Shown: piece by piece, positions 10,831 to 19,566 of the stretch | Layout of the letters: every line of letters starts with the position of its first letter | How positions within the stretch are numbered: the stretch's first letter is position 1 | DNA from: Desulfobacteraceae bacterium | Lineage (GTDB): Bacteria; Desulfobacterota; Desulfobacteria; Desulfobacterales; Desulfosalsimonadaceae | Assembly: GCA_021737225.1 (NCBI GenBank) | Contig: JAIPEJ010000001.1 | Coordinates: 1 to 60,124 of the forward strand | Length of the DNA stretch: 60,124 nt | Reading direction: 5' to 3' | Made by a program: the position numbers and the translations under genes | Notes under the pieces: generated by a model | Seen by the model: the letters and a program-made list of their open reading frames with translations, nothing else | What the model was told of the DNA's origin: nothing | Databases searched by the model: none

Positions 10831-12465
10831 TCACAGCACGGACACAGGGCACGCCGCCCGGCAAGCAGCGGCAAAATCCTCGGGGTAATGGCCGTTGATC
10901 CACCGGAGCTGAGATTCGGAAAATCCGCCCGGTGATTCCGGAAGGCGGGGCAGAAGGATGTAGATCAGTCGCTGATGGGCATCTTCGGAATCCATCCGCT
11001 TGGAGATCTCGTAAGAATTTATCATGCGCGCCCCCAAGTTCGAAAGCGTCCTGGCCGCTTTGAGCAGTGCAGCATCCAGCGAACGGCGCATGTGAATATC
11101 CGCCTCCACGATATTGCCCACGGGCTGCCGGGTCATGACATTGACCTCCCACTGGGATGTCTGCGCCTTGGGCACAAATACCAGGACGTTTTCATCTGCA
11201 TGGATCACCAGGCTGTGCTCGCCTTCAGGCGCACCCTGCATGCGGCAGTTGTTCTCGATAGCGGCGATATAGGCGTCAAAAAAGGCGGCCCCGGTTTGTG
11301 CCGCGTATTGCGAGGCAAACGCCTCGACCATGTCCCCCACCGCGTACGACGGCATGGGACTGTCAAAGCCGGGAGGTTGCGCAACCGATTTGGGAATCAT
11401 GGCATACTGCTGATGCACCTGCTGATGGGACGCATGCAGGCGATACCGGGTCGGGGCATAGTCGAACCCAAAGTTCCACCCCCAAAGGGTACGGTTGAAA
11501 CTCAGGTTTTCACGCAGGCGCGCATCTGCGAGCCGCTCCAGCAGCCGGCAGCGCAGATCCTCGAGCTCGTCTTCGGAAAGCGCCCGCTGCTGGATTTTTA
11601 CCTCAAGGCCCAGGTCGGCGGCCATTCGCACGTAAGTGCGCTGGTAATACAGGTGGCGCATGCCGCGCATGTCCTGGTACCCGAGAGCAGACATCCGGTA
11701 GCGGATGCTGTCTTCGGCCATGTTGGCCGCGTAATGCCCCCACGGGATATAACTGTTGCACCTCAGGTACTCGTACACGTGGGAAGATCCGTCGGGGCTC
11801 ACCCACTGCCCCATGATTTCGTTGGGCCCCTGAACGCCGGGGCGCAGGACCATTGCCTCCTTGTAGGCATCCGGCAAATAAGGATTGTTGGCCAGCACTT
11901 CGAAAAGCGTGCGGTTATGGATTACCGCACGACTGGTGCCGGTGTCGTCTTTTTGAAATACCAGCCCGTCGGGCCGGCCGGTCTCCGGGCTGAAGGTAAA
12001 TTCGCAGGCCATCTCTGCCAGACAGGACAGATCACCGGCGTCCGTGCCGGTTTCCGCCAGGGCGAGCTGCAGGGGGTCGGGAAGCGCCCGGAGCATCCGC
12101 ACTTTCTGCTCCGGATCGACCGCCCCGCCCCCGGCCCATTCCGAGAGTACCGCGGAAAAGGATACCTCCGGGGCACCCGGCAGCCGGATCATGCCAACCG
12201 GATCCGCAGCGTTTTCATCCGCCCACCGCTTGTTGATGTAGGTCACGCCCCGAAAACCCAACGCATTGGGGATCTCGTAAACCGTATCCGCGCACGGCAC
12301 CTCGACGTCGCACCCGGGAAAATTCGTCCGGTTGCTGCAGGGCTCGCCGTCTGCAAACGTGCCCAGGTTGCAGATCCGGTCGTCTCCGCGCAGGTGCTTG
12401 ACCCGGAAAGCCGGGCGATGAATGCCGTATTTGAATTTTCCTTGTGCAGACACACATGTTTTCAT
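10831..12465 (-). CDS. hypothetical protein with C-terminal GalT/HIT-like nucleotidyl-transfer fold
   Basis: HASHQQVHQQ resembles GalT GAS..HPH.Q; LLPRL..PGGFSE....INGHYPEDFAA resembles the GalT C-terminus; start at ATG 12465. Confidence 0.6.
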   Translation of the reverse strand: MKTCVSAQGKFKYGIHRPAFRVKHLRGDDRICNLGTFADGEPCSNRTNFPGCDVEVPCADTVYEIPNALGFRGVTYINKRWADENAADPVGMIRLPGAPEVSFSAVLSEWAGGGAVDPEQKVRMLRALPDPLQLALAETGTDAGDLSCLAEMACEFTFSPETGRPDGLVFQKDDTGTSRAVIHNRTLFEVLANNPYLPDAYKEAMVLRPGVQGPNEIMGQWVSPDGSSHVYEYLRCNSYIPWGHYAANMAEDSIRYRMSALGYQDMRGMRHLYYQRTYVRMAADLGLEVKIQQRALSEDELEDLRCRLLERLADARLRENLSFNRTLWGWNFGFDYAPTRYRLHASHQQVHQQYAMIPKSVAQPPGFDSPMPSYAVGDMVEAFASQYAAQTGAAFFDAYIAAIENNCRMQGAPEGEHSLVIHADENVLVFVPKAQTSQWEVNVMTRQPVGNIVEADIHMRRSLDAALLKAARTLSNLGARMINSYEISKRMDSEDAHQRLIYILLPRLPESPGGFSESQLRWINGHYPEDFAAACRAACPVSVL

Positions 12466-12706
12466 GGTTCCCCCGAAACTTGTCTGAATTTTGTAAAGAT
12501 CAAGCTCCATCCTACCCCGGCCAACCCGATAGATCAACCCATTCATCCCCCTTGCCTGCCTGCTGGTTTCTGCCTGCCATTTACAATCCCCGCCCCAAGT
12601 TTTTTCTTCTGAAACAACCCTTGACATTTGGGCCAGACAAGACAAAATTTGCCTTATACACCCGTTACCCGGATTAATGAAATGGACGGAAGAAAGGGTT
12701 TTACTT

Positions 12707-13138
12707 ATGCCGCCCACCACCAACACGGAACTGAAGAATTTTCTGGATCAATGGCGCGATGATGCAAATGGATGCAAACAGGTTTTTCTCCATCTGAAAT
12801 CGCATATCGGGGCGCTATCGGATATCGAGCTGAATTTCGTTGCCCGTCCCGGCGTGACCTACTCACTTCGCGCCACACGAACCGACCGGACCGACCGGGC
12901 GCTGTTTGTCTTGATCGACGTGATTGATGAAAACCCGCGCTGGCTTTCGGTCTGCTTTTATCAGGACCTGGTCTCGGACCCCGAAGAGTTGGGAGATCTG
13001 GTGCCTGCGGGCATCATGGGAGAAGACGGGTACTGTTTTGACGTGGAATCCCAGGATCCGGCATTTACAGATTATCTCTGCAGGCGCATAGACGAGGCCC
13101 GTGAGAACAACTCGCCCCGGGCGGCAAAGCCCTTTTGA
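12707..13138 (+). CDS. conserved hypothetical protein
   Basis: Divergent ORF with protein-like composition (RPGVTYSLRA, RWLSVCFY, GEDGYCFD); alternative start 12677. Confidence 0.75.
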   Translation: MPPTTNTELKNFLDQWRDDANGCKQVFLHLKSHIGALSDIELNFVARPGVTYSLRATRTDRTDRALFVLIDVIDENPRWLSVCFYQDLVSDPEELGDLVPAGIMGEDGYCFDVESQDPAFTDYLCRRIDEARENNSPRAAKPF

Positions 13139-13159
13139 AAAAGAGAGGAACATCCTGCC

Positions 13160-13969
13160 ATGCACAAGCTGAAACAAACTCTGCTTTTTTTTCTCATTGC
13201 GCTGATACTGGCGGCCTGTACCACGGTGCCCATAACCGGTCGCCAACAACTCAGCTTGATTCCCGGAAACACCATGCTTTCCATGAGCTATCAGCAGTAT
13301 GACGCGTTTCTGGAAGAACACGAATTAAGCGACAACCGGGCTGACACGGAGATGGTCAAGGAAGTCGGCCGCAATATCGCAGCCGCTGTGGAGACGTACT
13401 TCAAGCAAAACGGCATGGCAAATCGGCTGAACAATTACGACTGGGAATTCCGCCTGGTAAAAGACGATGCCGTCAATGCCTGGTGCATGCCCGGGGGCAA
13501 GGTCGTGGTGTATACCGGCATTCTGCCGGTTGCAAAGGGCAAGGCGGGTCTTGCCGTGGTCATGGGCCATGAAATCGCCCACGCGGTGGCAGATCACGGA
13601 AACGAACGCATGAGCCAGGGCATGCTTGTCCAGTTCGGCGCGGTGGCGCTTTCAGAAGCAATGAGAACAAAGCCGGCAGTCACCCAACAGCTCTGGATGG
13701 CAGCCTACGGGGCGGGCGCCCAGGTGGGCATGCTTTTGCCATACAGCCGGCTTCACGAAAAGGAGGCAGATCGCCTGGGGCTGGTCTTCATGGCCATGGC
13801 CGGGTATGATCCGCGGGAGGCCGCGGATTTCTGGCAGCGCATGGCTGCAGAAAAAGACGGCAAGAGTCCCCCGGAATTTTTGAGCACCCACCCGGCAGAT
13901 GATAAGCGCATCGCCAACATCCGGTCCATGCTTCCCGAGGCCTTGCGGTATTACAGAAGACAGCAATAA
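13160..13969 (+). CDS. M48 family zinc metallopeptidase lipoprotein
   Basis: Lipobox LAAC, NAWCMPGG, HEIAH, E.EAD, FLSTHP. Confidence 0.95.
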   Translation: MHKLKQTLLFFLIALILAACTTVPITGRQQLSLIPGNTMLSMSYQQYDAFLEEHELSDNRADTEMVKEVGRNIAAAVETYFKQNGMANRLNNYDWEFRLVKDDAVNAWCMPGGKVVVYTGILPVAKGKAGLAVVMGHEIAHAVADHGNERMSQGMLVQFGAVALSEAMRTKPAVTQQLWMAAYGAGAQVGMLLPYSRLHEKEADRLGLVFMAMAGYDPREAADFWQRMAAEKDGKSPPEFLSTHPADDKRIANIRSMLPEALRYYRRQQ

Positions 13970-13987
13970 TTCAGACCGCTCCTGACC

Positions 13988-14020
13988 GCCCCCGGCCCGA
14001 AGCCCCGGGGCGCGCTTTTT
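13988..14020 (+). terminator. probable rho-independent terminator
   Basis: GC hairpin (gcccccgg...ccggggc) followed by a T run just after the M48 stop. Confidence 0.5.
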
Positions 14021-14238
14021 CTCGGGGACGGAACGCCTTTTTATCAGCATGCCCGATTTCGCCGCAGACAGGCGCATACACACTCCTCAAACCCTGCGCC
14101 CGCCCTGCCGCTGCTGGGTAATTTTTTCGCACACCTGCCGCATAACTGAATAAAATATGCCGACCGGCAACGCCTTCCCTCGTGTAACAATTCGAACATG
14201 ATCCATTATTTCAATATATTATATCAAAGTCCGCCGAC

Positions 14239-14255
14239 TTGGCACATCCCTTGCT
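14239..14255 (+). promoter_or_regulatory. sigma54 (-24/-12) promoter
   Basis: TTGGCAC-ATCCC-TTGCT, exact consensus, ~50 bp upstream of ATG 14306, preceded by an AT-rich tract. Confidence 0.85.
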
Positions 14256-14305
14256 CTGCCCTGGATAAACCTGTGCACCCATAACAGTATTTATCCAGGA
14301 AGCCA

Positions 14306-15421
14306 ATGACCTCTGTTTTCTTAAAAATGATCAAGGCGCGGGCATGGGAATTGTCCCTGACCGCCTTAATCATCGCCGCATTGATTGCCGCGATGTCGGC
14401 CCAGACGTCTCTGTCCGGATATTCCGAAAAACGAATCCATGAATACGCCCACAAAATCGGCGGCAACATTTTGATCATCCCGGCGGAGACCGATATCAGA
14501 CAATTTTTCGGGATGCGCGGCGATCAGGAACTCATGCCGGGAGGCTTTCCTGAAAAACTCCTGGAATCCCCGGTCGGCAAAAAAATTCAGGCCATCCGGG
14601 CGGAACTGTTTGGCCAAACCCGCATCAACAATCAGCCGGTGCCCCTGATCGGCACCCGACTCATCCGCAGCGGCAAGCAAAACCTTTCAATTCAATCCGA
14701 TCAAGCCCTGATCGGGAAAATGGCGGCGGAAAAGCTGCAGGTATCGGCAGGAGATTTTATAAAAATCTCCGGTCCGGGCAAGGAGCGCACACTTGAGGTG
14801 AACAGAATCCTGGACAAAGCACCCGACGGCCTTGACACGGGTGTATTCGTGGATCTCGGGGCAGCCCGGAAAATTCTGGGAAAACCAGACGGCCTCGGCG
14901 CCATGCGGGTTTCGGGTTGCTGGTGCGACACAGACATTTCCGGGCTGGCGGCAGACATTGAAAAAAATCTGCCCGGAACACGGGCATTGACCGTCAAGGG
15001 CGTAATCAGCGCCCAAAAAGACATGATTGATACCGTGGCACAATATTCATCCCTGATAAATATCCTGGGCGGCCTTTTCATTGCACTGATTGTCGGACTG
15101 AGCATCTATTCGCAGACACGCGGTCAACTCAAAAATATCGCCCTGCTATTGGTCGTCGGGGCCCGGCCGTGGATGATCGCGGGGTTATTTGTATGCCTGG
15201 CCGCACTGATCGGTCTTGCCGGGGCAATACTGGGATGGATACTCGGGGTTGCCGTGACACCGGGGATTTCAGAATTGCTGCTCGGCGAGACCATCCCGGC
15301 CGCAGGTACAAATCTTGGATGGGTGGTTTTTTCCGGCGTTTTGCTGTCAGCTGCAGCAGCGCTCTGGCCCGCCCTGGCAGCGTCCAGGTGCCACCCGGCA
15401 GACATTTTCCGGAAGGTTTGA
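14306..15421 (+). CDS. ABC transporter permease (FtsX/MacB type)
   Basis: N-terminal TM, periplasmic domain with CWC motif, three C-terminal TMs. Confidence 0.85.
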   Translation: MTSVFLKMIKARAWELSLTALIIAALIAAMSAQTSLSGYSEKRIHEYAHKIGGNILIIPAETDIRQFFGMRGDQELMPGGFPEKLLESPVGKKIQAIRAELFGQTRINNQPVPLIGTRLIRSGKQNLSIQSDQALIGKMAAEKLQVSAGDFIKISGPGKERTLEVNRILDKAPDGLDTGVFVDLGAARKILGKPDGLGAMRVSGCWCDTDISGLAADIEKNLPGTRALTVKGVISAQKDMIDTVAQYSSLINILGGLFIALIVGLSIYSQTRGQLKNIALLLVVGARPWMIAGLFVCLAALIGLAGAILGWILGVAVTPGISELLLGETIPAAGTNLGWVVFSGVLLSAAAALWPALAASRCHPADIFRKV

Positions 15422-15422
15422 T

Positions 15423-16124
15423 ATGATACTGCAATTAAACGACATTCGAAAAGAATTCAAAGGCAGATCCAATCACAGCGTGCTGGCTGTGGACGATGTT
15501 TCCATGCAGGTGGAAGCGGGCGAATTTATTGTCGTCAACGGAGCCTCGGGCAGCGGCAAAAGTACCCTGCTCTTTACAATGGGCGCCATGCTGCCGCCCA
15601 CAAGCGGGCAGGTCGTCTGCGACGGAACAGACCTGTATGCATTATCCCCGTCTCGACGTTCGAAGATGCGAAACCTGCGCATCGGCTTCGTCTTTCAGAC
15701 ATTCAACCTGATTTCCTATCTCAATAGTCTGGAAAATGTTGCTTTTCCGGCACTGTTGGCAGGATCGTCCAAAAAGGCGGCCATGCAGCGCGCCGAAGAT
15801 CTGCTCAACCGCCTCGGACTTGGTGAGCGGCTTTCCCACCTGCCTGTCGAACTCAGCGTCGGTGAACGACAGCGCGTGGCCATCTGCCGTGGCCTGGTCA
15901 ATGCGCCGGATATCCTTCTGGCAGATGAGCCGACCGGAAACATGGACCCGGAGCTGACCCAAGAAACAATGGAGCTTTTTCGCGGCATCAACCGGCAGGG
16001 CCAGACCATAGTAATGGTGACCCATAACCCGGAACTATCTGAGACCGGGAACCGGCATGTCCTTATGGAAAAGGGCTCGATCCGGGCGGAACGTATCGTT
16101 TCAGCGGAGGACAAGGCCCTGTGA
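15423..16124 (+). CDS. ABC transporter ATP-binding protein
   Basis: GASGSGKST, LSVGERQRV, LADEPTG; ATG 15423. Confidence 0.95.
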   Translation: MILQLNDIRKEFKGRSNHSVLAVDDVSMQVEAGEFIVVNGASGSGKSTLLFTMGAMLPPTSGQVVCDGTDLYALSPSRRSKMRNLRIGFVFQTFNLISYLNSLENVAFPALLAGSSKKAAMQRAEDLLNRLGLGERLSHLPVELSVGERQRVAICRGLVNAPDILLADEPTGNMDPELTQETMELFRGINRQGQTIVMVTHNPELSETGNRHVLMEKGSIRAERIVSAEDKAL

Positions 16125-17233
16125 GATCCATTCTCTGGATGACATACCGGGAGCTATCCGTCCGGAAAGCGTCGTTTATTATCGGCCTGACCATGTGCGG
16201 CCTGCTGATTTCCATGTTTGTTTCGATCGAATGGAGCCTGAGAAGCAGGGGAAACCGGGTACAGGGCGATATCGACCAGATGGGGCCGGGCATTGTCGTC
16301 GTGCCCCCGGACAAATCGATTGCGGACTTGCGACAGTTTGACCTGGGCTCCCGGTATTTCGGAACACGGGAACTTGTGGACCCGCTGATTGCTCGATTAT
16401 CCCCCCATACCCGGGCAGTTGATGTACGCCTGTCCGTTCGTATACCAACAAAAGACGGCAAGCTGCCGGTAGTGGGTATTGATCCGGCCCGGGTGGTAAG
16501 CCCGCACGAGACTTTGCGGCAGCTTGGGAAAAACGAGGTGGCAATCGGAAGAGAGCTCGGCCGGCGGCTGGACAAACAATCCGGGGATGTAATCCGGATT
16601 GCCGGATCGGAGTTTTCCGTAAAAACAATTCTGCCTCCGGCCGGAGACCTGTCGGATCTGGCGGCTTTCATGCCTGTCTCCCGGCTGCAGGCTGTCACCG
16701 GCAAAATCGGGAAGGCCAACGTGATCCGGATCTTTCCCGAAAGCGGCCGTGACTTTGCTGAGATCCGGGAACTGCTTACGGATTACGGCAGCCGCCTCCA
16801 TGCTGTTGCCATCGACAGGGGAGAAATCGCCGAAACCCGCATACCGCAAACCCTGGCCTCCCATCGTTATGCCGTCTATGTGCTGCTGGGGGTGTTTCTT
16901 TCCTTTTCGATGGCAATCTGGACTTACCTGGATTCGGCACAAAGATTAATAGAACTTGCCACGGTCGCCGCAGTCGGATGTTCGCCTGCGGGCCTGGTCG
17001 GCCTACTTGTGGGCCGTTCGGCAGTGGTCGGGGCCGGGGGCGCACTACTCGGGGTCGCCTTGATCGGTGGTTCCAAATGGATCACGGAAGGCGCATTCCC
17101 GGGCTCGATCACGGACTTGTCCGACCTGCTGGCAACAGCCCTGTGCGGCGCCGTTTTTTTCAGCGTCGCCGGTGCCGTGCCAGTGGCCCTGAATATGTCC
17201 GTGCGGAATTATGTCGGCTTTCTGCAGAATTAA
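16121..17233 (+). CDS. ABC transporter permease (FtsX/MacB type)
   Basis: GTGA overlap with the ATPase; same TM topology as 14306. Confidence 0.8.
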   Translation: MRSILWMTYRELSVRKASFIIGLTMCGLLISMFVSIEWSLRSRGNRVQGDIDQMGPGIVVVPPDKSIADLRQFDLGSRYFGTRELVDPLIARLSPHTRAVDVRLSVRIPTKDGKLPVVGIDPARVVSPHETLRQLGKNEVAIGRELGRRLDKQSGDVIRIAGSEFSVKTILPPAGDLSDLAAFMPVSRLQAVTGKIGKANVIRIFPESGRDFAEIRELLTDYGSRLHAVAIDRGEIAETRIPQTLASHRYAVYVLLGVFLSFSMAIWTYLDSAQRLIELATVAAVGCSPAGLVGLLVGRSAVVGAGGALLGVALIGGSKWITEGAFPGSITDLSDLLATALCGAVFFSVAGAVPVALNMSVRNYVGFLQN

Positions 17234-17317
17234 ACATTCGGGGAAAGCATGAAATAACAAGCTGATCAATATGTGTCTGTCATTTCGCAAGTGACGGGAA
17301 CTATGGGGAATTTAAAA

Positions 17318-18445
17318 ATGAGACCGATCAGAATGATGTTTGCAATGGGAACGCGATCCGAGGCAATCCGGCTCGCACCGTTAATACGAGAGGCTGAAGA
17401 CCGGAAACCGGTGTTTGAAAGTACTGTTGTGCTGACCACGCTGGACCGGGAAGGCCTGGATGATGTGTTCACCACTTTCGACATCCAGCCGGATCTGAAA
17501 TTGAATCTCATGTCGCACCCGCAACGGCTATCACCTGTTTTCTCCGGCTTTCTCCGACCGATGGAGGAGGTGATCAAAAACCGGAATCCGGAAGTGCTTC
17601 TCATCGAAGGCGGATCCCAAACATGTGTTGCCGCCGGAGAAAATGCTTTTTACGCTGGCCTGAAAGTCGCTCATGTCGGCGCAGGGCTTCGCAGCGGCGA
17701 CAGGGACACGCCTTTTCCCGATGAACTGGAGCGGCGGTTTGCAGCAATCCTGTCGGATTATCATTTCGTTGCCACGGAAACCGCCAGGCAGAACCTGATT
17801 GCAGAGGGCTGTGATGAAAACACCATTTATCTTACCGGCCATCCCGGCATTGATGCACTGGCCCGGGCACGGAAGCACCTTCCGCCCTCGCACCGTATCC
17901 GGTCATACCAGAGTATTCTCCGGGATTTTTCCCGCATGGTGCTTGTCACGTGCAATCGTTCGGAAAATCTCGGCCGCCCTATGGCTCAGATCTGGAAGGC
18001 ATTCAAAATCTCGGCAATCCAGAACCCGGATACCGCCTATGTATATCCGGTTCATCCAAACCCGGAATTATGGCACCAGGTGGAAAAAACCCTGGGCGGT
18101 ATTTCGAATTTTTTCCTGATGCCCCTGTTGCCCTACCCGGAGTTCTGCTGGCTGATGCAGCAGGCCCACATTATTGTCACGGATTCCGGCGGGGTTCAGG
18201 AAGAGGCCGTGGCACTGGGCAAACCCGTTCTGGTGACAAATCTCAAAACAAACCGCCCGGAGACCGAAGCCCGGGGCCGGGCCAAACTGGTAGGGCATGA
18301 CGTCAATCCGCTTTTGACCCATATTCATCTGCTGCTCCACGACAAGCAGACATATCGGCAAATGTCCGGAGAATGCGGCCTTTACGGGGAAGAAAGCGCC
18401 TCCGGGAAAATTCTTGATGTCCTCGAAAACGACCTTTGCGATTGA
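17318..18445 (+). CDS. UDP-N-acetylglucosamine 2-epimerase (WecB)-like protein, degenerate active site
   Basis: GTRSEAIR, HVGAGLRS, YPVHPNP, TDSGGVQEEA..LGKPVLV; start uncertain (17303/17318). Confidence 0.8.
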   Translation: MRPIRMMFAMGTRSEAIRLAPLIREAEDRKPVFESTVVLTTLDREGLDDVFTTFDIQPDLKLNLMSHPQRLSPVFSGFLRPMEEVIKNRNPEVLLIEGGSQTCVAAGENAFYAGLKVAHVGAGLRSGDRDTPFPDELERRFAAILSDYHFVATETARQNLIAEGCDENTIYLTGHPGIDALARARKHLPPSHRIRSYQSILRDFSRMVLVTCNRSENLGRPMAQIWKAFKISAIQNPDTAYVYPVHPNPELWHQVEKTLGGISNFFLMPLLPYPEFCWLMQQAHIIVTDSGGVQEEAVALGKPVLVTNLKTNRPETEARGRAKLVGHDVNPLLTHIHLLLHDKQTYRQMSGECGLYGEESASGKILDVLENDLCD

Positions 18446-18497
18446 ATAAGCGCATATCGCATTATTCTACAACTACTGTCCAACGAAAGGAGCCAGC

Positions 18498-18965
18498 ATG
18501 CCAAAATTACTGCTTTCATTAATTGTTTTCATGGCCGTGATAACTGCAGTCGCTGTGCATACAGTTCCGGGCGACCGGGGGGACTCCCGGCGGCCCGAAA
18601 CCGGGCCCGAGGCGAGCGTCGATCACCCGGTCCACGATTTCGGTACGGTGCTGGCGGGCAAATCCGTGCAGCATGAATTCGTAATCCGCAACACCGGAGA
18701 TGCGCCGCTTGAAATCCTGTCGGTTAAAACCGGGTGAGGCTGCACCACGGTCGAAACCCCCGACCGGATCCTTCCCGGGAAGGAAGGCGTGCTGAAAATC
18801 AAAGTGACATCCGGAAGAACACACCGGCAAAAAAAGATCATCAAGCAGATCCGGGTTCGGACCAATAGTCCGGAACACAGCACCATTGTGCTCAAGATCA
18901 CCGGCAAGGTCAGGCCCCGCGGGCCCGCATCGAAGCCGGCCGGCAGTTACCCGCCGGGATCCTGA
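18498..18965 (+). CDS. DUF1573 (Ig-like) exported protein, probable selenoprotein (TGA 18735-18737 = Sec)
   Basis: HDFG..F.IRNTG.APL.I.SVKTG-TGA-GCT continues in frame (..ILPGKEGVLKIKV...IRVRTNSP...LKITGKV) to TGA 18963-18965. TGA sits at the first Cys of the family CGCT motif. Confidence 0.85.
18748..18766 (+). promoter_or_regulatory. candidate bacterial SECIS hairpin
   Basis: CGGTC-GAAACCCCC-GACCG perfect stem; loop G is 16 nt after the UGA. Confidence 0.65.
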
Positions 18966-19047
18966 GCACGGAAGATCACAAAAGCGCTCCGGATCCTGCT
19001 TTATTGAAAGAAGAATGTATTTATCCAACTAAAAAAGGAGAAAAACA

Positions 19048-19200
19048 ATGCACAAAAAACTGATATTTCTTGTTCTGTTCGGCCTGCTGGCCGCGGCGAC
19101 ATTTACAGGATGCGGTCCCGGCAGATATTTTAACGGGGGCGGCTGCCTGGTTTCATCGACGCAAAGCCCGCCGCCAGTGGGACTTTCGCAGACCCTCTAA
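19048..19200 (+). CDS. small putative lipoprotein (50 aa)
   Basis: AAGGAG RBS; MHKKLIFLVLFGLLAAATFTG-CGPGRYFNGGGCLV...; below ORF-track cutoff. Confidence 0.5.
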   Translation: MHKKLIFLVLFGLLAAATFTGCGPGRYFNGGGCLVSSTQSPPPVGLSQTL

Positions 19201-19566
19201 ACCATACCCCCGGCGGGATCCAGACAGCCGGCACGGATGCAGCAACCACATCGGTCGCAGATGTCTGGGCCCCGCTTTTTTCCATATTCCCACGCCACAG
19301 CACGGAGAGCACATATGATGGCACGATCGATCCCGTTGCCGACGAAATCGATGCCCAAAAACCGTTTGATAACTGAACCGGCCCGGGCAAAGAGCCCCGG
19401 AAAGCATCACCGTTTTCTCAATGCCGAAAGACCGAAGGCCGCAACCAGAGAAACTGCCGTGGTTCAACTCCGGCCAAAAGATGGAACCTTTTAAATGCGC
19501 TGAACGTCTGTCTTTTTCAGGGAAAATACGCCGCAACGCACACATTACAATTCTGTTGGATTCAAG

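Noticed and set aside
10975-12612. 545-aa plus-strand ORF
   Set aside because: Antisense shadow of the GalT-like gene; no motifs; typical of high-GC coding DNA.
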